DNA of 38,214 nucleotides, from the NCBI GenBank assembly GCA_027081145.1, contig JALWLB010000142.1, positions 1-38,214 on the forward strand, read 5' to 3'. The notes beneath the pieces are model-generated. The model was not told the origin of the DNA. It ran no database searches and saw only the letters and a program-made list of their open reading frames with translations. This document shows positions 18,836-29,841 of the stretch, in pieces; the first letter of the stretch is position 1, and each line of letters begins with the position of its first letter. Position numbers and translations under genes: made by a program. This DNA comes from Campylobacterales bacterium. GTDB lineage: Bacteria > Campylobacterota > Campylobacteria > Campylobacterales > QNZT01.

Positions 18836-19357
18836 CTAACCTTTCCATCTTTTATATAAATCATGTTCAATTTTAAGTGAATCAAACCATTTACCAATCA
18901 AAAAATCCTCCATCATCTCTAAATTTGTAGGCTTTGCATAATACCCTAAAATTGGAGGAGATATAATCACTCCTAAACGAGATAATTTAAGCATATTTTC
19001 TAACATAATAGCACTAAAAGGCATCTCTCTAGGAGCTAAAAGTAATTTTTTATTCTCTTTTAGTATCACACTTGCCGCTCTTGAAGTTAAATTATCACTA
19101 ATTCCACATGATATTTTAGCCAAAGTATTCATACTACAAGGTATAACTGCCATACTATCACATCCAAATGAGCCAGAGGCGATACTTGCTGATATCTCAT
19201 TATCTAAATAGGTAAAGATATTTTGCTCTTTTTGAAAAACAGTTTTTGCGTTTTTAGATAAAATGATATGTTTTTCTATATCTTTTGGCAGTTTTTTTAT
19301 AAACTTTTCTCCAAGTGTTACCCCACTTGCTCCTGTAATTGCTACTATTAGTCTCAC
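18836..19357 (-). CDS. ubiX: flavin prenyltransferase UbiX
   Basis: N-terminal MRLIVAITGASGV flavoprotein motif, ...VIPCSMNTLAKI... and LLAPREMP. 173 aa. Confidence 0.85.
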   Translation of the reverse strand: MRLIVAITGASGVTLGEKFIKKLPKDIEKHIILSKNAKTVFQKEQNIFTYLDNEISASIASGSFGCDSMAVIPCSMNTLAKISCGISDNLTSRAASVILKENKKLLLAPREMPFSAIMLENMLKLSRLGVIISPPILGYYAKPTNLEMMEDFLIGKWFDSLKIEHDLYKRWKG

Positions 19358-20022
19358 TCTATAACTTCAACTCTATCTTTTGCAACTATTTGGGCTTTAA
19401 ATCTTTTTTTGTAGCCTCTTTTTATGGTGATGATATCTCCAACATTTCCGCCATTTATCGCTTTGGCTCTAAAACTTATCTCTACCAACCCGTCTCTTAT
19501 AGTTGCTTTTACAAAATCTCCACTATTGATGGCTAAATTCTCTTTAACATCCCGTTTAGTAACAATTTGTCCAGCTTTTATAACTCTTTTTGCACTATAA
19601 TCAAAAAAATACCCCTCATCAATTGGTTGATCATAAAAATTTGTAAACTTGACCAATTTATGTTTCAATAGCCTTGGTGTTATTGTATGATTTTTTCTAA
19701 TAGAGTATTTAGCTACATAAACATCTATAAAAGCTACCATTTTGTAAGTGTAGTAGAGTTTTTTCTTTTTAAACCCATCTGTAAAAGTGGCAGAAAAGTT
19801 ACCTTTATTTTTTTTAAGATCTGTTTTTGATATGTAAATCTCTTCAAATGTATAATCTTCAAAATTTTTAGGAAATTTACTTGGTGGTTTAATCTCCAAA
19901 GAGTCAATTTGAAGATTTGTATAAGTAGCTAAAAATTTTTGCAAAAGAGCCTCTTTGATAGCTTCTTGATTATTTGCAAATAGTGATATGCTAAAAAGAA
20001 GTGATAAAAAGATTTTTTTCAT
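19354..20022 (-). CDS. flgA: flagellar basal-body P-ring formation chaperone FlgA
   Basis: Signal peptide plus a SAF-like region (VIKAGQIVTKRDV) and a C-terminal GNVGDIITIKR...AQIVAKDRVEV pattern. Heads the flgA-ubiX-coaD-tmk-hisS-speA-cysE string, which I recall as conserved in Campylobacter. Confidence 0.8.
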   Translation of the reverse strand: MKKIFLSLLFSISLFANNQEAIKEALLQKFLATYTNLQIDSLEIKPPSKFPKNFEDYTFEEIYISKTDLKKNKGNFSATFTDGFKKKKLYYTYKMVAFIDVYVAKYSIRKNHTITPRLLKHKLVKFTNFYDQPIDEGYFFDYSAKRVIKAGQIVTKRDVKENLAINSGDFVKATIRDGLVEISFRAKAINGGNVGDIITIKRGYKKRFKAQIVAKDRVEVIE

Positions 20023-20131
20023 AGCTTAGCAAACCTTATAAATATATTGTGATATTATACTTTAGAGGAACTCTAAAAACCCTGAATATACATAATATTT
20101 TATAAGTTGCCAAACTATGATAAGTATTTAA

Positions 20132-21364
20132 CTAATCTTTAATTTTTTTGATAAATGCATTTTTACTTATATCTTGTAAATCTTCGAGACTTAATTTTGC
20201 ATCATCTCTACTCTCATAAGGTCCAACAACAACCAATTTTAAATTTCGTCCATTTACTACTGCTCTTTTGATCTCATATCTATAACCTGCATTATCAATT
20301 TTTTTGATCAATTTTTTACAAGGAGTTTTTGCAAATGCACCCATTTGTACATAGTAGTATGCATCAGGTTTGATCTCATCTTCGTAAGTTATCATATCTT
20401 GAAGTGGCTCTTCTTTAGGCAACTCTTCTATAGGAGTGATAATAGTTGGCTCTTTAGTTTCAATAACTTGTTCCTCTTGAGGTTCACTTTGAGCATATAG
20501 CTCTAAATTATCCTCTTGATCTGCCTCTTCTTCGGATGTTATTGGTAAAATCTCTTCTGTATATCCAGAGTCTATAGTAAAATCTTCAACACTTTTTTCT
20601 CTCATAATTTGACCAAACGATAGTCCAAATCCGATAGTTGCCATAAACTCTGTATCTTGATTTTTGAACTTTTTTAATGCCTTAATCTCTGATAATAATG
20701 CTACATGATCAAAGAGTCTAAGTTTTAATCCCCCACCTGCGTTAAAAAATCCTTGAGATGGGAGATTAATATTTTTATTATTTATCTTTTCATATCCAAA
20801 TCCTGCAAAGATATATGGAGCTATGATAGAGTTGATAGAGTTAAATTCATGTAGAGCATTTATATAAAAACGATCTATATCTGTTTTTTGATTTAATCTT
20901 TTTGTATCTCCTTTAACTTCAATATCTGGCTTTGGCTGATCTTTTGGCTGGTCTTTTGGCTGATCTTTTGGTTGATCTTTTGGTTGATCTTTTGGTTGAT
21001 CTTTTGGTTGATCTTTTGGTTGATCTTTTGGTTGATCTTTTGGTTGATCTTTTGGTTGATCTTTTGGTTGATCTTTTGGTTGATCTTTTGGCTTCGGTTT
21101 TTTCTTTGGATCTATATCACGATTGGTTTTATTTGATTGTAAACTTCTATACTCAGCATCTATGATTTTGTCATAACCAAATTGAATAGCACTATCTTCA
21201 GATATATAACTATTTACTCTAACTCCATACCCATTTGCATTCTCTAATAAAGAGTCATCATACAGATAATTTTTACTTGCAACAGGATTTATCTCATATT
21301 TCCCTGCATTTAGATATAATACACTAAACACTATTAACCATATATAGGTAAAATTATTTTTCAC
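20132..21364 (-). CDS. outer-membrane beta-barrel protein with (KDQP)13 loop repeat, acidic linker and C-terminal SPOR domain (paralogue of 9666-10628)
   Basis: Shares with the 9666 protein KYE[LI]NP, [RQ]FGY[ED], KTD[VI][ND]RFY[LI]N, PY..[AG]G.GYE, E[VI]KAL and GFGL[AS][YF]. The SPOR pattern is YYYVQMGAF...NAGYRYE...KLVVVGPYESRDDAKL. GTG start with AAGGAGG upstream. Confidence 0.75.
   Translation of the reverse strand: MKNNFTYIWLIVFSVLYLNAGKYEINPVASKNYLYDDSLLENANGYGVRVNSYISEDSAIQFGYDKIIDAEYRSLQSNKTNRDIDPKKKPKPKDQPKDQPKDQPKDQPKDQPKDQPKDQPKDQPKDQPKDQPKDQPKDQPKDQPKPDIEVKGDTKRLNQKTDIDRFYINALHEFNSINSIIAPYIFAGFGYEKINNKNINLPSQGFFNAGGGLKLRLFDHVALLSEIKALKKFKNQDTEFMATIGFGLSFGQIMREKSVEDFTIDSGYTEEILPITSEEEADQEDNLELYAQSEPQEEQVIETKEPTIITPIEELPKEEPLQDMITYEDEIKPDAYYYVQMGAFAKTPCKKLIKKIDNAGYRYEIKRAVVNGRNLKLVVVGPYESRDDAKLSLEDLQDISKNAFIKKIKD
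20933..21088 (-). repeat. 13 tandem copies of a 12-bp unit (AAAGATCAACCA on the coding strand) encoding (KDQP)13
   Basis: Counted directly. Ten identical TGGTTGATCTTT units span 20969-21088. Three variant units (TGGCTGATCTTT, TGGCTGGTCTTT, TGGCTGATCTTT) span 20933-20968, and all their differences are synonymous. Confidence 0.95.
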
Positions 21365-21507
21365 TTACTCCTCCTTGAGTATATAAATAGTTACCCAAAG
21401 TATATTTATTTATCCTAATTTGATTAACAAAACAGTTACTAAATGATAAAAAAAATACTCAAGTGTTACCTCTTTAAACATAAAAAAAGTACAATGAAAT
21501 ATGTTGA

Positions 21508-23526
<2,019 letters not shown>

Positions 23527-23546
23527 ATTTCAGAGATGTTTTTTTG

Positions 23547-23819
23547 TTATTTATCTCTTATAGATAAAGTTTTAATAACTTGTAAATATGTGTCATAGTT
23601 TTTTTTCTTAAGATATCTTAATAATCTTTTTCTTTGACCTACAAGTTTTAAAAGACCAAGTCTTGAAGAGTGATCTTTTTTATTGACTTTTAAATGCTCT
23701 GTAAGATACTGTATTCTATTTGTTATAAGAGCTATCTGCACCTCTGGTGAACCTGTATCGTTTTCACTTCTTGAAAACTGCTGTATGATTTTAGACTTTT
23801 GAGCCGAATCTAAAGCCAT
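23547..23819 (-). CDS. rpsO: 30S ribosomal protein S15
   Basis: [12 protein letters not shown]...[53 protein letters not shown] lies 5-6 nt upstream of ATG 23819. The track start 23867 is an upstream extension. Confidence 0.95.
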   Translation of the reverse strand: MALDSAQKSKIIQQFSRSENDTGSPEVQIALITNRIQYLTEHLKVNKKDHSSRLGLLKLVGQRKRLLRYLKKKNYDTYLQVIKTLSIRDK

Positions 23820-23876
23820 ATTGACCTCCTGATTGGTATTTTTATTTTGAAAATTGGGATTATACACTCTATTTGC

Positions 23877-24377
23877 TTAATTACTCAAAACTCCATTATT
23901 ATAGTGCCATGTAGCTTTTAAATTACCATTTTGAAAAAACTCTTTTGAAATACCATGTAATTTTCCATTTTTATAATTTAATTGATAATGCATCGCTCCA
24001 TTTGGATAGTATGTTGTGCTAGTACCATCTTTGATACCATTTTTATAATGTATTTTTGCTTTTAGTGTGCCATTTGGATAATACTCTGTTGAGATACCAT
24101 CTAATTTATCATCTTTAAAATATAGCTCTGCTATTTTGATACCCTCTTTGGAGTATCTTGTACTAACTCCATTTAATTTATCATCTACAAAATTCCAATA
24201 AGTTTTAATGCTTCCATCTTTGTAGTATTCAACAGTTTTGCCCTCTTTTTTGCCACCAATAAAACTATACTCTAATTTTAGCTCACCACTTGGATAGTAC
24301 TCTTTTGAACTATCCGCTACTAAAGAGTTTGTTAAAAATAGTGTTAGTAATGAGATTGTTAAAAATGTTTTTTTCAC
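23877..24377 (-). CDS. exported MORN-repeat (MORN_2 / YwqK-like) protein
   Basis: Signal peptide MKKTFLTISLLTLFLTNSLVA followed by about six repeats of the form YY.[ND]G.[LI]K....Y..[GD]K..G. Confidence 0.75.
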   Translation of the reverse strand: MKKTFLTISLLTLFLTNSLVADSSKEYYPSGELKLEYSFIGGKKEGKTVEYYKDGSIKTYWNFVDDKLNGVSTRYSKEGIKIAELYFKDDKLDGISTEYYPNGTLKAKIHYKNGIKDGTSTTYYPNGAMHYQLNYKNGKLHGISKEFFQNGNLKATWHYNNGVLSN

Positions 24378-24508
24378 TTTTGCCTCTCCTAGTTTGTGTT
24401 TTTTATATACATTCTACTCAAAAGGATATAAAATAAAAAGAACCATTTTAGCTTATGTTTAGCCTAAATTTGGGCAATATTACAACTATTTTAATATTAA
24501 TATATGTA

Positions 24509-24517
24509 TGGTATAAT
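24509..24517 (+). promoter_or_regulatory. candidate extended -10 element (TGGTATAAT) for the DUF4398/OmpA pair
   Basis: TGnTATAAT match about 45 nt upstream of the start codon, in a 180-bp intergenic region. Motif match only. Confidence 0.3.
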
Positions 24518-24564
24518 TAACTTTATTTTAAGAAAAAAAGATTTTTTTACAACAAGGAGTGAAA

Positions 24565-24930
24565 ATGAGAAAAAAAGTATCTTTTTGTATCATTTTGACC
24601 TTTGTAGTGTTTATTAGTGGATGTGCAGATAAAAAACCACCACTTGAAAGCATAGCAGATGTTAAAATGGCACTTATAAAAGCGGATGAGGCAAATGCTA
24701 TAAAATATTCTCCAACAGAGTTGGAATTAGCAAAACAAAAGTTAAAAAAGGTTGATAAGCTTATAGAAGAGGGTAAGTATGATGAAGCAAAATTTTTGGC
24801 TCAAAAGATAGCAGTTGATGTTAGACTGCTAGAAAAAAGAGCTCTCAATCAAGAGTTAAGTACTCAAATTGAGACTCTAAATAAGCAGATAGATGCAGTT
24901 AAAAAAGAAGTAATAAAGATAGAGGATTAA
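24565..24930 (+). CDS. DUF4398 domain lipoprotein
   Basis: Lipobox FISG/C and helical DUF4398-like pattern (ALIKADEANAIKYSPTELELAKQKLKKVDKLIEEGKYDEAKFLAQKIAVD). AAGGAG lies 5 nt upstream of ATG 24565. The track start is GTG 24559. Confidence 0.7.
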   Translation: MRKKVSFCIILTFVVFISGCADKKPPLESIADVKMALIKADEANAIKYSPTELELAKQKLKKVDKLIEEGKYDEAKFLAQKIAVDVRLLEKRALNQELSTQIETLNKQIDAVKKEVIKIED

Positions 24931-24933
24931 ACA

Positions 24934-25794
24934 ATGCAAAAGATATTAAACTATTTGATACTATTTTCAATAGCAGTTTTTATTTTAGGATGTGCTAAAG
25001 AGATTACAACACCACAACTAAATAAAGCAAAAACTTCATATTTACAAATTAGTAAAGATCCAGTTATAAAACAAAATGCTCCTTTAGAGCTAATACAAGC
25101 ACAAAAGATATATCAAAAAAGTAACGATGTTCAAAGTGAGATAGAAGCAAATCATGTAGCCTATCTTTTAGAAAAAGAGGTTGAAATTGCAAAGGAGAGT
25201 GCAAAGCAAAATAGACTTAAAAAAGAGGTAGAAGAGTTAAAAGAGCTTAAAACAAAAGCTTTGATAGATGCTAAAATGATTGAATTAAAAGCTATGAAAT
25301 ATGAAGTTGATGAGACCAAAAATCAGCTTTTGATTGCTCAAAAAGAGGCTATTGCAGCAAAAAAATTGATGCAAGAAAAGCTTAAAGAGTTAAAAGAGTT
25401 ACATGCAAAAGAGACAAATCGAGGTTTAGTTTTGACTTTAGGAGATGTGCTCTTTGAAAGTGGTAAAACTTCATTGATGCCAGGAGCCAAAAGAACTATA
25501 GATAAATTGGCTGAATTTTTGGCTTCATATCCAAATAGAAATGTTTTAATTGAAGGTCATACTGACAATATTGGAAGTGAAGAGTACAATATAGATCTAT
25601 CTCTAAAAAGAGCTGATGCTGTTGCTTCTGCTTTAATAGATAGAGGCATACAAAAGAGTAGAATTTTAACTCAAGGTTTAGGTGAAACTTATCCAGTTGC
25701 AACCAATAAAACAGCTGAAGGGAGGCAAAAAAACAGAAGAGTTGAAATTATTGTACTAAAGGAGAATGTTTCACACGATAGCATGAAGAGATAA
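24934..25794 (+). CDS. OmpA-family peptidoglycan-associated lipoprotein with DUF4398-like N-terminal and coiled-coil region
   Basis: Lipobox FILG/C. OmpA_C motif LTLGDVLFESGKTSL...IEGHTDNIGSEEYNIDLSLKRADAVASAL...GRQKNRRVEIIV. Confidence 0.85.
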   Translation: MQKILNYLILFSIAVFILGCAKEITTPQLNKAKTSYLQISKDPVIKQNAPLELIQAQKIYQKSNDVQSEIEANHVAYLLEKEVEIAKESAKQNRLKKEVEELKELKTKALIDAKMIELKAMKYEVDETKNQLLIAQKEAIAAKKLMQEKLKELKELHAKETNRGLVLTLGDVLFESGKTSLMPGAKRTIDKLAEFLASYPNRNVLIEGHTDNIGSEEYNIDLSLKRADAVASALIDRGIQKSRILTQGLGETYPVATNKTAEGRQKNRRVEIIVLKENVSHDSMKR

Positions 25795-25821
25795 GTTTTT
25801 AATGTTATAATAGATCAAAAG

Positions 25822-25848
25822 CACCTCTAGTGGATATAGAGGTGTTTT
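25822..25848 (+). terminator. rho-independent terminator candidate after the OmpA-family gene
   Basis: CACCTCTA (25822-25829) / 7-nt loop / TAGAGGTG (25837-25844), followed by TTTT (25845-25848). Confidence 0.55.
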
Positions 25849-25870
25849 CAAATTTATTTTAGGCGAGTGG

Positions 25871-26269
25871 ATGTTATTAACAAAAGCGAGTGAATATGCT
25901 ATGCTCTCATTGGTACTTATTGCTAAGCAAGAGAGCCTTGAAGATGTAGATACTCTCTCCAAAAAATTAAATATTTCAAAAAGTTTTTTAGCTAAAGTGT
26001 TACAAGCTCTCGCAAAAGAGGGAATTTTAAAATCTTTTAAAGGTGCAAAAGGCGGTTTTAGATTAAATCAAAATCCTAGCGAAATATCTATCAAAACAGT
26101 TATCGAAATTGCTGAAAAAAAGCCAATAACTGTTTTTGAGTGTGCCAAATCTGTAACATGTTGTCCAAATAATAGAGGGGATTTTTGCTCTATTTGGCCA
26201 TTTTTAAATAATTTTCAGCAAAAAATTGATGAGTTTTTAGAGGATCTGACTTTGGAAGATTTGATCTAA
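25871..26269 (+). CDS. Rrf2-family transcriptional regulator (possible Fe-S type)
   Basis: N-terminal wHTH pattern MLLTKASEYAMLSLVLIA...LNISKSFLAKVLQALAKEGILKSFKGAKGGFRL and a C-terminal Cys cluster ECAKSVTCCPNNRGDFC. Sits immediately upstream of flhA. Confidence 0.85.
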   Translation: MLLTKASEYAMLSLVLIAKQESLEDVDTLSKKLNISKSFLAKVLQALAKEGILKSFKGAKGGFRLNQNPSEISIKTVIEIAEKKPITVFECAKSVTCCPNNRGDFCSIWPFLNNFQQKIDEFLEDLTLEDLI

Positions 26270-26278
26270 GGAGTATAT

Positions 26279-28447
26279 TTGGCAAAAGCGAAATCCAATA
26301 GATTGTTTCTAAGAGTATTGCCATTTTTAGAGCCTATCGCAAAATCTAAAGATTTAACAATTGTGTTTTTTATAATAGCGATCATTGCTATTATTATCGT
26401 TCCTCTACCTAGTGCACTACTTGATCTATTTTTGACAATATCTTTAGCGGTTTCTGTATTGATTATCATGATATCTTTATATATTCCAAAACCAACTGAT
26501 CTTACAACATTTCCAACTTTGATACTCATTATTACCCTTTTTAGATTATCACTCAATATAGCAACAACTAGAATGATACTCTCTCATGGTCATGAAGGTC
26601 CAGAAGCAGTAAGTGATATCATAACAAGTTTTGGGCAGTTTGTTGTGGGTGGAAACTATATTATAGGTGTTATAGTTTTTATTATTTTAGTACTTATAAA
26701 TTTTATGGTTATAACCAAAGGCTCCACCAGAGTTGCTGAAGTTGCTGCAAGATTTACACTAGATGCAATGCCTGGAAAACAGATGGCAATAGATGCTGAT
26801 TTAAATGCTGGATTGATTGATGAAAAAACAGCAAGACAAAGGCGAGAAGCGATCATACAAGAGGCAAACTTTTATGGAGCTATGGATGGTTCTAGTAAAT
26901 TTGTAAAAGGGGATGCCGTAGCTGGAATTATTATTACAATAGTTAATTTAGTAGCTGGTTTTTTGATAGGAATGTTTCAATTTGATATGGATATGGCAAG
27001 TAGTGCAGAGACTTTTACAATTTTAACTATTGGAGATGGATTGGTTTCTCAACTTCCAGCTCTAATTATGTCAACAGCAACTGGTATCATTATAACTAGA
27101 GCAAATAAAGAAGGGGAGTCCAATTTTGCAAATAGTGCGGTTGAACAATTAACCGATACATATAAAACTTTATATATAGTTGGTTTTATACTGTTGGCAT
27201 TTGCTCTTGTTCCTGGGCTTCCAACCCTTTCACTCGCTTTTGTTGGTTTGATCTTTTTAGCTCTTGGATATGTTGCACAAGCAACAAAAGATGGACCTCT
27301 ATTAAGTGATAAAGTAAGTGTTGATCAAGAAGAACAGCCACAAAGTGGTGTTTCTCCAGAAGCAAAAAAATCTCCTCAAGAGTTAAAAGAGGAAGAAGAA
27401 AAGGCATTAGAAGATATCTTAAAACAAGAGGTTTTGGAGTTGGATTTAGGGTATCAGCTTATCAAACTTGCTGATCCTGCACTAAAAGGTGATCTACTTG
27501 AGAGAATAAAAAGTATGAGAAGAAAAATAGCAACAGATTATGGTTTTTTAATTCCTCAAGTAAGAATTAGAGACAATTTACATCTTCAGCCAAATCAGTA
27601 TCAACTATTATTAAAAGGTATCGAAATTGGTAGTGGAGAAATCTATCCTGATAAATTTATGGCAATGGATAGTGGACTTGTTAGCCAAGAGATAGATGGA
27701 ATTAAAACGAAAGAGCCAGCATTTGGATTGGATGCTATTTGGATAGATGAGAGCCAAAAAGAGAGTGCTATAACAAATGGATATACAACTGTAGATCCAT
27801 CAACTGTTATCTCAACTCATCTAAGTGAACTTATCAAAAAATACGCCCCTGAGCTATTAACAAGACAAGATGTGCAAAATTTGATAGATAACGTCAAAAA
27901 GACATATCCAGTTGTTGTAGAGGATTGTTTAAAAGTTGCTTCCATTGGATTGATTCAAAAAGTGTTAAAAGAGTTGCTTCGCGAAAAGATTCCTATAAAA
28001 GATATGCTAACAATTTTAGAGACAATTAGCGATGTAGCAGAAGTTACAAAAAATAGTGATATTATAGTTGAACAAGTTAGAGCTAAACTCTCAAGAGTTA
28101 TAACAAGGCTTTATAAAGATGAAACTGGCGTTTTAAAGCTTATGACATTTGCATCACCAAGTGAGCAAAAACTACTTGATGCTTTACAAGATAGAGATGG
28201 GTTAAAGGATCTTGTTTTAAATATAGGTCAAATTAATGCTTTGATTCAAACAGTTAGTGATAAAGCAAAAGAGATTTTATCTAATGGTATAGCTCCAGCT
28301 ATTTTGATAGTTGATCCAGCTCTTAGAAAGCCATTATCTGATATATTTGAAAAATTTAATCTTGAAGTAGTAGTGCTTTCTCATGCTGAAATTGACTCTA
28401 CTGCTAAGTTTGAAGTAATTGCAACTATAGAAGTAGAGGAGTTATAA
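26279..28447 (+). CDS. flhA: flagellar type III export gate protein FlhA
   Basis: 722 aa with an N-terminal polytopic TM domain carrying ARFTLDAMPGKQMAIDADLNAG, a charged linker and a cytoplasmic C-domain. TTG start with AAGGAG (26268-26273) 5 nt upstream. Confidence 0.95.
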   Translation: MAKAKSNRLFLRVLPFLEPIAKSKDLTIVFFIIAIIAIIIVPLPSALLDLFLTISLAVSVLIIMISLYIPKPTDLTTFPTLILIITLFRLSLNIATTRMILSHGHEGPEAVSDIITSFGQFVVGGNYIIGVIVFIILVLINFMVITKGSTRVAEVAARFTLDAMPGKQMAIDADLNAGLIDEKTARQRREAIIQEANFYGAMDGSSKFVKGDAVAGIIITIVNLVAGFLIGMFQFDMDMASSAETFTILTIGDGLVSQLPALIMSTATGIIITRANKEGESNFANSAVEQLTDTYKTLYIVGFILLAFALVPGLPTLSLAFVGLIFLALGYVAQATKDGPLLSDKVSVDQEEQPQSGVSPEAKKSPQELKEEEEKALEDILKQEVLELDLGYQLIKLADPALKGDLLERIKSMRRKIATDYGFLIPQVRIRDNLHLQPNQYQLLLKGIEIGSGEIYPDKFMAMDSGLVSQEIDGIKTKEPAFGLDAIWIDESQKESAITNGYTTVDPSTVISTHLSELIKKYAPELLTRQDVQNLIDNVKKTYPVVVEDCLKVASIGLIQKVLKELLREKIPIKDMLTILETISDVAEVTKNSDIIVEQVRAKLSRVITRLYKDETGVLKLMTFASPSEQKLLDALQDRDGLKDLVLNIGQINALIQTVSDKAKEILSNGIAPAILIVDPALRKPLSDIFEKFNLEVVVLSHAEIDSTAKFEVIATIEVEEL

Positions 28448-29487
28448 TGCATTCACAAACAGTTTTTCATCTCTCACATACAGATTTAGATGGATATAGT
28501 TGCCAGTTAATCAGTAGTGAAATTTTTAAAAATGTAAGATTTTACAATGCCAATTATGGAAAAGAGATTAGTGATACTTTAAAAATATTGCTTAGTGATA
28601 TATGGCTTTATGGCTCTAAAAAAAATCTTATATTAATTACAGATTTAAACTTGAGTATTGAGCAGTGTGAGTTTTTATTAAAGGAGATCGAAAAAGCACA
28701 AAGGGATATTGAAATTTTACTCTTAGATCATCACAAAACTGGACAAGATTGTGCAAATAAATATAACTGGTATCATTTAGATTCTAACAGAAGTGCTACT
28801 AAGATAACTTATGATTACTTTTTGGATAAATATCCAAAGATTGGCTATTTAGAGAAATTTGTTAATGTTGTAAATGCTATAGATATTTGGATTAGTGATA
28901 GTGAATATTTTGAGCTTGGAAAAGTTTGTATGAAACTTGTAGCCGATTCTAAAGAGATAAATAGAGTACTTTTTGCAAAAGAGAATAGTGAATATATATT
29001 TTATCTAATAAAAAATTCTTGGAAATATTTTGATAAAGAGCATCCTCAAATTGCATTAGATGATAATATACACTTTATAAAAAAGAGTTTTTTTCGAGGT
29101 GATGGTAAAGATGATACAATAGAAAATCTCATAGCAAACTTTGTAGTAAAATTACTCAATGATAAAAAGGAGCAAATGAGTGTAACTTATAAAGGCTATA
29201 AAGGACTTTTAACTTATAGTATAGGAAATACTACTATTGTAGGTAATGCATTTTTGCTTCAAAATCCTGATTACGATTTTTTTATAGATATAAATAGTAG
29301 AAAAAATGTTAGTTTAAGAGGCAATAACAAAGTGGATGTTAGTTTAATTGCAAAAGAGCTTTTTGCAGGTGGTGGTCATGCAAATGCAAGTGGTGGCAGA
29401 TATGAAGCTTTTGTAAATTCATACTCATATGATAATATAAAAACACAGATACAAAATTTGATGAATCAAGGATCTAAAGATGGCTAA
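28447..29487 (+). CDS. DHH/DHHA1-family phosphoesterase (NrnA/oligoribonuclease-like)
   Basis: Motifs HTDLDG, LLLDHHKTG and GGGHANASGG. TAATG overlap with flhA and GAGGAG upstream. Confidence 0.8.
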   Translation: MHSQTVFHLSHTDLDGYSCQLISSEIFKNVRFYNANYGKEISDTLKILLSDIWLYGSKKNLILITDLNLSIEQCEFLLKEIEKAQRDIEILLLDHHKTGQDCANKYNWYHLDSNRSATKITYDYFLDKYPKIGYLEKFVNVVNAIDIWISDSEYFELGKVCMKLVADSKEINRVLFAKENSEYIFYLIKNSWKYFDKEHPQIALDDNIHFIKKSFFRGDGKDDTIENLIANFVVKLLNDKKEQMSVTYKGYKGLLTYSIGNTTIVGNAFLLQNPDYDFFIDINSRKNVSLRGNNKVDVSLIAKELFAGGGHANASGGRYEAFVNSYSYDNIKTQIQNLMNQGSKDG

Positions 29488-29755
29488 TTATAGACAAGAT
29501 CAAGAGTTAATAGAGTGCCGACAGATGATTCATGAGCTATCACTACAAGTAAATGACCTATTAGAGGCTATGCTTTTTTTTGCAGGAGTAAAAAGATCAA
29601 AATTAAATATTGCAGTGCAAAAATATATAGAAGCGTTAGATATAGTTTTTGAAGATGATGATGGTGAAATGAGTCTTGATGAAATTATAAAGGTAATAGA
29701 GTATCTTAAAAAGAGCAATAAAGAGCTTTTTAAAAATTCATCTATTTTTCATTAA
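29480..29755 (+). CDS. small hypothetical acidic protein
   Basis: 91-aa ORF overlapping the DHH gene by 8 nt, with AAGGA 7 nt upstream. No family recognised. Confidence 0.5.
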   Translation: MANYRQDQELIECRQMIHELSLQVNDLLEAMLFFAGVKRSKLNIAVQKYIEALDIVFEDDDGEMSLDEIIKVIEYLKKSNKELFKNSSIFH

Positions 29756-29841
29756 GTTATATTAAGCTTAATTTTTATTATCCAAAAGCTGTTTACAAAA
29801 AGTTTGTATAATATCTTTTAATTTTAAAGTCACAGGAAACT

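Noticed and set aside
14059-20022. Seven functionally unrelated genes (flgA, ubiX, coaD, tmk, hisS, speA, cysE) fused into one overlap-coupled string
   Set aside because: It is striking at first sight, but from memory this mixed housekeeping operon is a conserved feature of Campylobacter genomes. It reflects genome compaction rather than a novel system.
20933-21088. Possible CRISPR-like array because of regularly spaced identical units
   Set aside because: The units are 12 bp and directly abutting, with no spacers. They lie in frame inside a coding sequence, and no cas genes are present.
20932-21165. 77-aa + strand ORF with a (V/A)DLL repeat
   Set aside because: It is the antisense reading of the KDQP repeat inside the well-supported 410-aa minus-strand gene. 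It has no RBS and is an artefact of repeat periodicity.
21374-21463. 9-bp inverted repeat CTTGAGTAT (21374-21382) / ATACTCAAG (21455-21463) flanking the leader of the 410-aa OMP gene, adjacent to its SD
   Set aside because: The arms are about 70 nt apart and only 9 bp long with no supporting structure. This is plausibly chance in a 200-bp AT-rich divergent promoter region.
25803-25811. Extended -10-like TGTTATAAT between the OmpA-family stop and the Rrf2 gene
   Set aside because: It lies upstream of the terminator-like hairpin (25822-25848), so a transcript from it would run straight into that hairpin. I cannot decide between a promoter with a leader hairpin and a chance match, so it is not called as a feature.
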